The notes beneath the pieces are model-generated. The model saw only the letters and a list, made by a program, of their open reading frames with translations, had not been told where the DNA came from and did not search any database. The translations under genes and the position numbers were made by a program. A stretch of DNA of 64,000 bases. It comes from an uncultured Gammaproteobacteria bacterium (GTDB lineage Bacteria; Pseudomonadota; Gammaproteobacteria; CAWCPV01). This document shows, in pieces, positions 1-8,990 of the stretch (positions are counted from its first letter, which is position 1; every line of letters starts with the position of its first letter). The stretch lies in NCBI GenBank assembly GCA_963797555.1, contig CAWCPV010000005.1, forward strand, positions 96,001 to 160,000, in the 5' to 3' direction.

Positions 1-609
1 CAAGTACTCAAGGACGTCGCACGGCCCCTGGCACCTGTCATCAAGGCTGGCAAGCCCCTGGTGATCTCGGTGGCAGCCGGCGTCCGGCGCGCCAACGTCG
101 AGGTCTGGCTGGGCGGAGCGGTGGCCGTAGTCCGCGCCATGCCTAACACCCCCGCACTGGTAAGGAGCGGGGCGACGGCACTGTGCGCAAACAAGCACGT
201 CGCACCCGCCCAACGAGACCTCGCGGAATCCATCCTGCGGGCCGTCGGCGTGGCGCTATGGCTGGATGACGAATCCCTGCTGGATGTCGTCACCGCACTG
301 TCGGGAAGTGGACCCGCATACTTTTTTCTAGTTATGGAGTCCCTCGAGGCGGCGGCCGTGAGCCTCGGCCTACCCGCTCCCGCGGCGCGTCTGCTCACCC
401 TCCAAACGGCTTTCGGCGCAGCAAAGATGGCCATGGAGAGTGCGGACGACATGCCGAGTCTCCGGCGGCACGTCACCTCGCCCGGCGGGACCACGGAGGC
501 GGCTCTGCGGGTCCTCGATGAGGGCAAGATTCGCGACCTGTTCCGGGAAGCAGTGGTCGCCGCTCACCGACGCTCGATCGAGCTGGCCAAGCACTTCGGG
601 GAGCAGTAA
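1..609 (+). CDS. proC: Pyrroline-5-carboxylate reductase (5' end outside window)
   Basis: Motifs ISVAAG, VRAMPNTP, TALSGSGPAY and VTSPGGTT. The frame is open from base 1 and is followed by yggT. Confidence 0.96.
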   Translation, partial: QVLKDVARPLAPVIKAGKPLVISVAAGVRRANVEVWLGGAVAVVRAMPNTPALVRSGATALCANKHVAPAQRDLAESILRAVGVALWLDDESLLDVVTALSGSGPAYFFLVMESLEAAAVSLGLPAPAARLLTLQTAFGAAKMAMESADDMPSLRRHVTSPGGTTEAALRVLDEGKIRDLFREAVVAAHRRSIELAKHFGEQ

Positions 610-1191
610 ATGGGAAACCCTTACCTCAGCAATGCCGGGGTCTTCCTCGTCAATACGTTGTTCGGACTCTACGTTCTGGCGGTGATGCTCCGGATGCTAC
701 TGGCCTGGGTACGCGCCGACTTCTACAATCCGGTGAGCCAGTTCCTGGTCGCAGTGACCAATCCCGTGTTAGTCCCATTGCGTCGAGTGATCCAGCCCCT
801 GGGGGGGTTGGACCTCGCGGCGGTGGTGCTGCTGGTGGGGCTGGAGCTACTCAAGCTCTTGCTCATCGGGGTCATCGCCGGCACCGTGTTCTCCTTAACA
901 GCCGTGCTTCTGCTCTCGATCGCCGAGCTACTGAGCACGCTGCTCAACATCTTCCTGTTCACCGTTATCGTCCAAGTCGTTCTGGGCTGGCTGGCACCGC
1001 GCACCTATCATCCCGTCACGGCCTTACTCTATCAGCTCAACGAACCACTGCTCGGCCCAGCCCGGAGGTTGATCCCGCCCATCTCTGGCCTCAATCTGTC
1101 ACCATTGGTCGTCATCGTAGCCATACAACTCCTCAAGATGCTCCTAGTGGCCCCGCTGACTGACATGGGCTGGGCCAGCGCTGCGGTATGA
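610..1191 (+). CDS. yggT: YggT family membrane protein
   Basis: Two YggT repeats (ADFYNPVSQF..TNP; HPVTALLYQLNEPLL..RRLIPP) and conserved proC-yggT order. Confidence 0.93.
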   Translation: MGNPYLSNAGVFLVNTLFGLYVLAVMLRMLLAWVRADFYNPVSQFLVAVTNPVLVPLRRVIQPLGGLDLAAVVLLVGLELLKLLLIGVIAGTVFSLTAVLLLSIAELLSTLLNIFLFTVIVQVVLGWLAPRTYHPVTALLYQLNEPLLGPARRLIPPISGLNLSPLVVIVAIQLLKMLLVAPLTDMGWASAAV

Positions 1192-1502
1192 ACGGGAGGG
1201 TGCCCTGCTATCGGTGGGAAGGCGCCGACCTGATTCTGAAGGTCCGTGTGCAATCCAGGGCGAAACGGGACACGGTCGTTGACCAGCACGGCGATGCGTT
1301 GCGCATCCGTGTGGCCGCACCCCCCGTCCACGGGCAGGCCAACGCCCGCCTCGTCGGTCTCCTTGCCGAGACCTTCGGGGTAGGGCGCGGGCAAGTGCAA
1401 CTCATCAGCGGTCACGGCGGGCGAGACAAACGCCTGCGCATTCACGCGCCCCAAATCCTGCCGCCAGGGTTCGCGCCTCGGAGGGAAGGTGGTCCGCGCT
1501 AG
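1188..1502 (+). CDS. yggU: DUF167/YggU family protein
   Basis: Motif LKVRVQ.RAK..LRIRVAAPPV.GQAN. ATGA overlap with yggT. Confidence 0.9.
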   Translation: MNGRVPCYRWEGADLILKVRVQSRAKRDTVVDQHGDALRIRVAAPPVHGQANARLVGLLAETFGVGRGQVQLISGHGGRDKRLRIHAPQILPPGFAPRREGGPR

Positions 1503-1563
1503 CGACCGGGTGCCGGAAGCGCTATAGTTTGCAGCCTGTCCGCCAGATTTGGAGGAGGCCCGG

Positions 1564-2016
1564 ATGTTGACGGCCCGCTACGCCACCCTCGTCATCGCGC
1601 TCAGCCTGTCGCTCGGCCTCCCCGCCTCCTCGCGCGCGGAGCAAGCCGTAAGCGTAGGTGATTACGAGGTTCACTACAACGCATTCACCACCAATACCCT
1701 GCAACCCGCCGTTGCTGGCCGCTACAAGATCACGCGCAGCAAGAACCGCGGCATGCTCACCGTGAGCGTCCTTCAGAAGGTGTTGGGTACGCTGGGCAAG
1801 CCGGTGCTGGCGACCATCACCGGCACTGCCACCAACCTCAACGGCCAACTCAAGACGCTGGAGGTCAGGGAGGTTCGGGAAGGAAATGCAATTTACTACA
1901 TCAGCGAGTTCCCAGTGGCTGACCAGGAGGTTCTCGATTTCAATCTGGAGGTGAGCATATCGGGCCAGCAGGCTCCCGTGACCGTTAACTTCCGCAAGCA
2001 ATTCTTCACGGAGTAG
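1564..2016 (+). CDS. DUF4426 family exported protein
   Basis: Signal peptide, then GDYEVHYNAF.T..LQP.VA..Y.I.RS and EG.AIYYI. Usual neighbour of yggT/yggU. Confidence 0.85.
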   Translation: MLTARYATLVIALSLSLGLPASSRAEQAVSVGDYEVHYNAFTTNTLQPAVAGRYKITRSKNRGMLTVSVLQKVLGTLGKPVLATITGTATNLNGQLKTLEVREVREGNAIYYISEFPVADQEVLDFNLEVSISGQQAPVTVNFRKQFFTE

Positions 2017-2049
2017 GAGAGCCGGCCGGTCGTCTCCCAAACGGTTGCG

Positions 2050-2736
2050 TCAGCGCAAACTTGCAACCAGCATCAAGCCGGCCAGTATCAGGATGACGCC
2101 GCCGACGATACGCCGCACCCAGCAGAGGTGCGCGAGGGTGGCTACCCTAGCCGCGACGGTTCCAGTGGTCACCAGCGTGGGGAGCGTGCCGAGCCCGAAG
2201 CTCAGCATCAGCAGTGCTCCCGATCCTGCGGATCCGGCCGCCATGGCCCAGACGAGAACACTGTAGACCAGTCCGCACGGCAACCATCCCCACAGCGCAC
2301 CAAGCAACAGGGCCTGTCTTAGCCGCTGTACCGGAAGCAGCCGTCGTCCAAGCGGTTGGACGTGAGCCCAGAGGCGGGCACCGACCCGCTCCACCCGACT
2401 CAGCCCCCCCGTCCACCATCCCGCCAGATAGACGCCCAGCGCTCCCATAAACAGCGCGGCGAGCCCTTGCAACACACGCTGGGCTTCGTGCAGGAACAAC
2501 AAGCGAGCGGTGAAGTACCCCGCTCCGCCGAGGAGCGCTCCAGCGGCTACATAGCTCGCGATGCGCCCCAGATTGTAGGCCAGCAGAAAAGGTAACAGGC
2601 GTCGCGTGCGGGCGCGTGTCTCCGGGGCCAGGCCGTACGCGAGAGCGGCCACGAGGCCCCCACACATGCCAACGCAGTGCACACCGCCCAGCAGTCCGAC
2701 CAGCCAAGCTGCAGCGTAACTGGCATCGACCGGCAT
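2050..2736 (-). CDS. DsbD_2 / TauE-SafE-like membrane protein
   Basis: Motifs GGVHCVGMCG, YNLGRI.SY, GWLPCGLVY and FGLGTLP. Confidence 0.88.
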   Translation of the reverse strand: MPVDASYAAAWLVGLLGGVHCVGMCGGLVAALAYGLAPETRARTRRLLPFLLAYNLGRIASYVAAGALLGGAGYFTARLLFLHEAQRVLQGLAALFMGALGVYLAGWWTGGLSRVERVGARLWAHVQPLGRRLLPVQRLRQALLLGALWGWLPCGLVYSVLVWAMAAGSAGSGALLMLSFGLGTLPTLVTTGTVAARVATLAHLCWVRRIVGGVILILAGLMLVASLR

Positions 2737-2853
2737 GACGATGTGCCTCAGACGGGGAAGAACGGGCAGCGCCCGCCCCCTACAACGGGACCGGGATGGG
2801 ATCAGCGCGCCGGCGCTTGGAGGCCGCTACGGGCTGCCGAGTCAGCCACCAAT

Positions 2854-3120
2854 CTACCGCGCTTGCCCATAGCAGTTGAAGTCATAGTCCATGTTCAGGG
2901 GGGGCGTAATCGGAGAACCGCTCGCGCTTTTGGATAGCGGTATCCCGGACCGTGGTCTTCAGACCGGGCGTGACGATCCGATAGTCGATCCGCCACGCGA
3001 CATTTTTCCCAAACCCGCCCACGATTCGACAACGAAAGTGTATTCCCTCGGCTCAGGATTGACCACCCGGAGAGCATCGAGCAGGCCCAGATCCCCGAAT
3101 ACCTTGTCCAGCCCAGCGTG
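2854..3120 (-). pseudogene. C-terminal relic of an exodeoxyribonuclease III (Xth/Crc-like) gene
   Basis: Manual translation across frameshifts gives LDKVFGDLGLLDALRVVNPEPREYT..SNRG..WRIDYRIVTPGLK..RFSDYAPL.MDYD. The N-terminus is replaced by the IS110 relic. Confidence 0.7.
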
Positions 3121-3139
3121 GAGCGTTGCGTTTCACGGA

Positions 3140-3790
3140 CAGGGTGCCGGGCGATCACGCGCAACTCGCGCAGTTTGGCCTTCGCCACGAAGGAGCCGCG
3201 CAACAAGCCGGCCCGGGAGAGCCAAGCCAGCCACCGGGCATCAGCGATGCGGGTCTTGCGTCCCGGGACCTGTTTGAGGTGGCGGGCATTGACCCCCTTT
3301 GGCCCGGATGCCCGCCGCCTCCAGGGCGGCGTCGGGGCTCTTCCAGTAGATGCCGGTACTCTCCAGGACCACCTCCTGGGGGCGAAACCCCGCGCACCAC
3401 TCGCCGAGCGCCCCGCGGTCTTTCTTTGAAGGCGCCGAATTGGCATTGCTCAACGATGACCCGCCCATCCGGCTCTTCGATGATCGCACCGGCGGTGACT
3501 TGCCCCCGATGCATATCGAGTCCGATGACCCGCTTGAAAAGAGATGCCCGTTCCATGCCGTCTCGGGTCTCAATACACTCAGAGATGGGAGACGGCGGAT
3601 GCCGGGACCGACTGAGCCTGAAGTCAGCAAGCCAGAAGTCGCTACACCCTGCGATAATGGCGCGTCAGTTGATGCCTGAGACAGCCGTTGCCATGGCGAG
3701 CGGGCCGCTAGCGTTACCGCGAACACGCGTCGCAAGCAGTCTTCGTCCCCTCGCCGGTTTGCCGGAAGGTTGGGGATTAGGGAGCCGTCA
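3140..3790 (-). mobile_element. IS110-family element relic: frameshifted N-terminal DEDD domain (ATG 3556) plus upstream non-coding end
   Basis: IGLDMH, VVLESTGIYWK and VNARHLKQVPGRKT..ADA.WLA are spread over three frames. The C-terminal domain is absent and the left boundary is approximate. Confidence 0.85.
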
Positions 3791-4056
3791 CGGCCCGAGC
3801 GCTGTGCCGGGAGCGGCGGAAGTCGCTATGAGCGGTGGACCTGGGACCCTCCAGCGTATGGAGTGCGCCGAGATAGTTGCGTTTAGGCCAAGCCGCCGTG
3901 GGCGACCGGCGGCTTCCCCTCGCCTCGGGCCCGCGGCCATCGACGCCTCACGGCGCTGGTGTCGGAGAACACGGACGGGTCCGCAGGCCGATTCCCTAGC
4001 ATAAGGCTACGGCGGCCGAACCGCGTCCACACAGCCTCGGCAGATGGTACCCCCCG

Positions 4057-5061
4057 TTGAGCTTCCCAGACATCCAGACCAAAGTCGACTTCCTCCGGCG
4101 TTGCGAGGCTTACCCCGACCAGCCTCGGCGCGTGGATGTCGTGGAGACGCATATGTCCTGGGTGTTCCTCACGGACCGCTATGCGTACAAGCTCAAGAAG
4201 CCGGTTCGCTACGACTTCCTCGACTTCAGCACCCTGCAGGCCCGCCAGCGCGATTGTGAGAAGGAGTTGAGGCTGAACCGGCCCCTGGCGGGAGACGTTT
4301 ATCTGGAGTTGGTCTCACTGGCCGTCGACGAGAGCGGAGATATGCAGTTGCAAGGCGCTGGGACCGTCGTGGACCGGCTCGTCAAGATGCGGCGCCTGCC
4401 CGCGGAGCGGATGCTGGACTCGGTCATCCGTGGCGGCACCGTCAGCCCAGCCGACGTGGAGCGAGTCGTCCGGGTGCTCGCCGACTTCTACGGCGCGGCT
4501 GCCCGCGTCCCTATCCGGCCAGAGCACTACCGGCGGCGTCTGGCGCGTGACGTTGAGGCCAATCAGAGGGCGCTGACCACGCCGGACGACCTCCCGCTCG
4601 CCCAGGTCCAATGGGTTCATCGGGCCCTGCTCGCCTTCGTGGACCGTGAATCCGCGTTACTCGGGCAGCGTGCCCGGCAAGGCCGGATCATAGAGGCACA
4701 TGGCGACCTCCGCCCGGAGCACATCTGCCTCGAGCCCCGTCCGGTCATCATCGACCGCATCGAGTTCAACCGGGGGTTCCGGGTCATGGATGTCGCCGAC
4801 GAGCTGGCATTCCTGGCGATGGAGTGCGAGCGGCTCGGAGCGCCGGATGTGGGCCGACGGGTGCTCAACATCTACGGCGACTTGAGCGGGGACCGACCCC
4901 CCGTTGCGCTGGTGCGGTTTTACCAGGCGTATCGGGCAAGCCTGCGCGCCAAGCTGGCGCTGTGGCACACGACGGAGCTTGGCGGCTCTCAGGCCGCTGC
5001 CTGGATGCCGCGGGCGCGGCGCTACTTGGACATCGCAGCGCTCCACGCGGCCCAGTGCTGA
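4057..5061 (+). CDS. Aminoglycoside-phosphotransferase-like kinase (COG2187 N-terminal type) without the C-terminal AAA/P-loop domain
   Basis: Motifs ETHMSWVFL, YKLKKPV, ELRLNR, HGDLRPEHI and IIDRIEFN. Confidence 0.82.
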   Translation: MSFPDIQTKVDFLRRCEAYPDQPRRVDVVETHMSWVFLTDRYAYKLKKPVRYDFLDFSTLQARQRDCEKELRLNRPLAGDVYLELVSLAVDESGDMQLQGAGTVVDRLVKMRRLPAERMLDSVIRGGTVSPADVERVVRVLADFYGAAARVPIRPEHYRRRLARDVEANQRALTTPDDLPLAQVQWVHRALLAFVDRESALLGQRARQGRIIEAHGDLRPEHICLEPRPVIIDRIEFNRGFRVMDVADELAFLAMECERLGAPDVGRRVLNIYGDLSGDRPPVALVRFYQAYRASLRAKLALWHTTELGGSQAAAWMPRARRYLDIAALHAAQC

Positions 5062-5085
5062 CCTGACTACCCACCGCCGGTGCGC

Positions 5086-6073
5086 TCACACCTCCAGCAG
5101 GTCCGCGATGGAGCCCCCAGTATGCAGGCGCCGGATGGCTTCCGCGAGGAGAGGTGCGGCGTCGAGTACCGTGACCTTCGACTGTGCGACGGCCGCCCCA
5201 AGCCGGAACGGCGGAACGCTGTCGGTAATGACCAGCCGGTCCAGGCCCTCGTCGTTCAGGACGGCCTCCGCTTTGCCCACGAAGATCCCGTGCGTCGCAA
5301 CAGCATACACGCGCGTGGCGCCCAGAGTGCGGCAGGCGCGGACCGCCCGGGCAATGGTAGTTCCCGTGCTGATCAGGTCGTCGACGATGACGGCGACCCT
5401 TCCCGCGACATCACCGACGATCGCTTCCCCGCTCACCACCCCTTCACTGCGCCGTTTCTCCATGAACGCTCCCCCGACGTTCTCGTCCCAGCGCCCGGCC
5501 AAGGGCTTCGCGGAAGGCGTCCGCCCGCTTAATACCGCCGACGTCCGGGGAGACTACGGCGACCGGCGCGTCAGCCAGCAGCGGAGTCAGGTGCTGCACG
5601 AACAGCATCTTCGCCTCCAGATGCTCGGTACGGCAGCGGAAGGCGTTCTGATAGGCCGCGAGGTTATGCACGTCGAGGGTTACGATGCAATCGGTAGCGA
5701 CCGCCTCGAATAGCGCGGCCACATAGCGGCTGGTCACCGGATCCCGGGGCTTGGTCTTGCGGTCCTTGCGCGCGTAACAGAGATACGGCACCACCGCCGT
5801 CACGCGGCCCGCTGCGGCATCCGCGAGCGCCCCGATGAAGAACAGCAGGCGGCACAGCTTGTCGTTGACGCTCTGCCGGGGATCGCCATAGAGCGACTGC
5901 ACAACATAGATATCCCGCCCACGCACGTTCACCAGGGGGCGAGCCTTGTGCTCACCGTCCTCGAACTCCCGCTCCTCGTGCTCGCTGAGTTGGATCCCCA
6001 GCCGTTGCGCGACTCTCAGACCGAACTCACGACCCGCGTCGAGAGCGAACAGGCGCAAATCTCCGAATTCCAT
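5086..6073 (-). CDS. prs: Ribose-phosphate pyrophosphokinase (accessory paralog) with a 1-bp frameshift near 5480
   Basis: Motifs [25 protein letters not shown] and [11 protein letters not shown]. The span is 988 bp (3n+1), split over ORFs 5444..6073 and 5086..5502. Confidence 0.88.
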
Positions 6074-6133
6074 GATGCTGTGACCCCTCTGCGGTCGGCA
6101 CTCCGTCCCGAGGCGCGCGAAGCGGCCCGACCT

Positions 6134-6571
6134 CTACGTCCGTCTGACTAGCTCGAAGCTCCAGGATGAGATCATGGTCCGGCCCCGGAACAGCGCCCCC
6201 CTGTTAAGGTAGCGGTCGGCCGTGAGCTGTTGCAGGTATTCCGTGCCGCTATGACGACCGTCGGTGCTCCTGGATGCCGAGAGGATCGAGTCGCCGACGA
6301 TGACGAATCGCCCCTTGATCTCCCCGAGGAGACCGTGCCTCAACCTCCACGAGGTCGTGTCGGACCCCGCATCCCACGGGGCGATTTCGTACCTGTTTTC
6401 GAATAGAGGGCTTCCGTCCCTGACGAGCCGGATGCTGGATTGGATGACCCAGAGCTCGGGCTCGTGCTGCACCGCGGCCTCGCCGTCCGCCTCGGTCATG
6501 CTGCCGTGCGCCCCGAAGACCTGTCCGACAGCGCGCCAGGTGTTGGGTTCCAAGAGATAAGTGTGGCGCAT
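6134..6571 (-). CDS. Hypothetical beta-rich soluble protein
   Basis: 145-aa ATG ORF, co-oriented with prs, with plausible composition. Confidence 0.65.
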   Translation of the reverse strand: MRHTYLLEPNTWRAVGQVFGAHGSMTEADGEAAVQHEPELWVIQSSIRLVRDGSPLFENRYEIAPWDAGSDTTSWRLRHGLLGEIKGRFVIVGDSILSASRSTDGRHSGTEYLQQLTADRYLNRGALFRGRTMISSWSFELVRRT

Positions 6572-6739
6572 TCAGCGGATTCCTTTTCCCATGAGGATGG
6601 CGGCGCCGACCGCTGAGATGGCGAGAACCGCGCCCCTCGCATAGCCTGTGCGCCGGGCACCTACCAAGTGACCGGCCACGCTGTGACCCGGCACGAAGCA
6701 CGAGGGGAGGTGCGGATCCCGCATCAACTCCTCGATCCT

Positions 6740-6847
6740 GACGCGTCGATAGATCTGCTGCACCCCCCGTTAGCCGCGTTGCCCAGTGTACCTCCTTGTA
6801 CGCCACCACCCCTGCGGGTTGGTCGCGATGGTTTCTTCACGCGCGCT
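6740..6847. repeat. MITE-like repeat, copy 1 (internally deleted, contains one GGA hairpin)
   Basis: GATCTGCTGC...CGTTGC, GTACCTCCTTGTACGCCACC and TCGCGATGGTTTCTTCAC align with the 11461-11754 copy. Confidence 0.65.
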
Positions 6848-7082
6848 AACTGGTCGGCGAAGTCCGGCCATATCACCATGATGAGGGAGCCGAGCAAATA
6901 GAGGAAGCCCAGTCGCAACCAGGCAGCCGGTGCGTTTCCGTACCCAAGAGAGGAGCGCCAAGACCGCGCTGACGGCGTCGGGGGAGTCGGGGCGGTCACG
7001 CCAACCAGCCGGTGCGACGCCGCCCGCCGCGTTGGACTATAGTTAATGCTCATCATGCAGGCGGGGGCAGGGGGGGAACGCC

Positions 7083-7700
7083 ATGGCTGGAGGCTTCGGT
7101 TGGTTCAGTGTCTGGCGACGCGCGGTCTTCATGGGCGGCGTCGCGTGCCTGGCGACGGTCCTGGTGCTGGCCGGATGCGGAGAGCAGACTGCCGCCGGGT
7201 CCAACGGCGTCGATGACCCAGTTCGGACTCCTGCGGCTTGGGAGACATCGGCGGCCCCGCACGGGCGCGCGTCGGCGGGTGCGGCCCGGGCCCCGCAGGA
7301 GGCCCCCCCCGGCCCGTACGATCTGGCTCTGGGCAGCCGAGTATTCCACGAGGCCTGCGTGATTTGCCATGGTACCGGTAAGGCCGGCACAACAGCGCTC
7401 GCCGAGGGGGACAGATGGCAAGGGCACACGGAGCAGGGCCTCGACGTCCTCATCCAACATGCTTTGGGCGGGCACCGAGGGATGCCGCCGAGGGGCGGTT
7501 TCGCTGATCTGTCCGATAACGAGGTGGCCGCCGCGGTCGCCTACGTGGTAGATCAGAGCACGCACATCATCACGCGTCCGGACGACGAGGGCCAGGCGGA
7601 AGGCTGCGACCCCCGAGGCGACGTTGAGGGTTGCAGCCTCAGCCAAATGAAGAAGCTTCTGGTCCTCCACATGCTGCGCTTGCTTGCCGGGAGGCACTGA
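7083..7700 (+). CDS. Cytochrome c5-family lipoprotein
   Basis: Lipobox LAGC, heme motif CVICH and axial-Met motif GMPPRGG..DLSD.EV.AAV.Y. Confidence 0.85.
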   Translation: MAGGFGWFSVWRRAVFMGGVACLATVLVLAGCGEQTAAGSNGVDDPVRTPAAWETSAAPHGRASAGAARAPQEAPPGPYDLALGSRVFHEACVICHGTGKAGTTALAEGDRWQGHTEQGLDVLIQHALGGHRGMPPRGGFADLSDNEVAAAVAYVVDQSTHIITRPDDEGQAEGCDPRGDVEGCSLSQMKKLLVLHMLRLLAGRH

Positions 7701-7755
7701 CTTCCGAGCCGCGCGCGATCGACCGAGGCCATGAATAGACCCGCCTCGCTGAGGG

Positions 7756-8016
7756 CTACAAGATCGCAGGCACCCCGAACAGGTGCGGATGCAAGCAGAC
7801 GAGGGCCACGTAGAGTGCGACGGCGACGATTACAACGAGCACGTCCCGGCCCAGCGGATACCAAGTCGTGGACTATACGGCACCCCTCAGGTTGGCGGCG
7901 AGCATGCCGAAGAGCGCAAAGGCGCCCAGCCCGCCGAACAGCAGCATGCCGACGAGATCGCCGTTCGCCAGCAAGTGGCCGACCGCCCACAGAGTGACCC
8001 CCAGAGCGTGCGGCGT
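7756..8016 (-). pseudogene. NnrU-family membrane protein relic (C-terminal half with an internal stop)
   Basis: Manual translation PHALGVTLWAVGHLLANGDLVGMLLFGG...GAV*STTW...LHPHLFGVPAIL* resembles the NnrU C-terminus. It is not in the ORF track. Confidence 0.65.
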
Positions 8017-8288
8017 GGACGATTCTATTCCCGGCCCACCGAGCCGGCGGTGGCGTCGCTGGTCGGCTCAGCCGTGACGAATTCGGCAGACCGCCTCGGC
8101 TGGCACAGGGCTCCGCGGCCGGTGGTCCGTCAGCGGCGAGAGGCGCAACCAGTTTGCTCCGCATGGCCGTGCCCGCGCCTGGCGCTGCGCCTCGTACGTA
8201 GGGTCCGTGCGCCGTGCCGTGAAGCTGACGCGCGGGTCCGACAAGGCATTGGCGCACATCTCCTGGCTAAGACCGCCCCGGAGTGCAT

Positions 8289-8885
8289 ATGAGGGGAACA
8301 GAGGCGGCGTTTTGCCGCTGTCCGTGGGTCGATCCGGGCAAGACGGGCTACCTCGACTATCATGATCGGGAGTGGGGTGTTCCCGTGCACGATGATCGCC
8401 GTCTGTTCGAGTTCCTCGTCCTCGAAGGCGCTCAGGCGGGGCTCAGCTGGTACACGGTACTGCGCAAGCGGGAGGGCTACCGCAGGGCGCTCGACGGTTT
8501 CGATGCCCAGAAGGTCGCCCGCTACGACGAGCGCAAAGTGGAGTCGCTACTGGCCGATCCGGGCATCATCCGCAACCGTCAGAAGATCCTCGCGGCGGTC
8601 AGCAACGCGAGACGGTTCCTGGAGGTCCAGGAGGAGTTCGGCGGTTTCGACGTTTACGTCTGGCGCTTCGTGGACGGGGCGCCCATCCTGCATGCCTTGA
8701 GGACACTGGCTGACTATCCGGCGACCACTCCGCAGTCAGACGCGATGAGCAAGGACCTGCGCGGACGCGGCTTCCGCTTTGTCGGCTCCACCATCTGCTA
8801 TGCCCACATGCAGGCCACCGGCATGGTCAACGACCACACCCTCGACTGTTTCCGCCGCCAGGAGATCATAAACAGCTATGCCTGA
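8289..8885 (+). CDS. tag: DNA-3-methyladenine glycosylase I
   Basis: Motifs RCPW..YHDREWGVP, LFEF.VLEGAQAGLSW, IIRNR.KI and GF.FVG.TICYA.MQA.G.VNDH..C. Confidence 0.96.
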   Translation: MRGTEAAFCRCPWVDPGKTGYLDYHDREWGVPVHDDRRLFEFLVLEGAQAGLSWYTVLRKREGYRRALDGFDAQKVARYDERKVESLLADPGIIRNRQKILAAVSNARRFLEVQEEFGGFDVYVWRFVDGAPILHALRTLADYPATTPQSDAMSKDLRGRGFRFVGSTICYAHMQATGMVNDHTLDCFRRQEIINSYA

Positions 8886-8990
8886 AATTGCCGCGCCGTG
8901 GACGCCCCCGCACGCCTGCCTGTACGGCTGGCCGGTGACAGGATATGCTTCGCATCACCCCTTGGAACCGATCTACGCGCGGTTCACATC

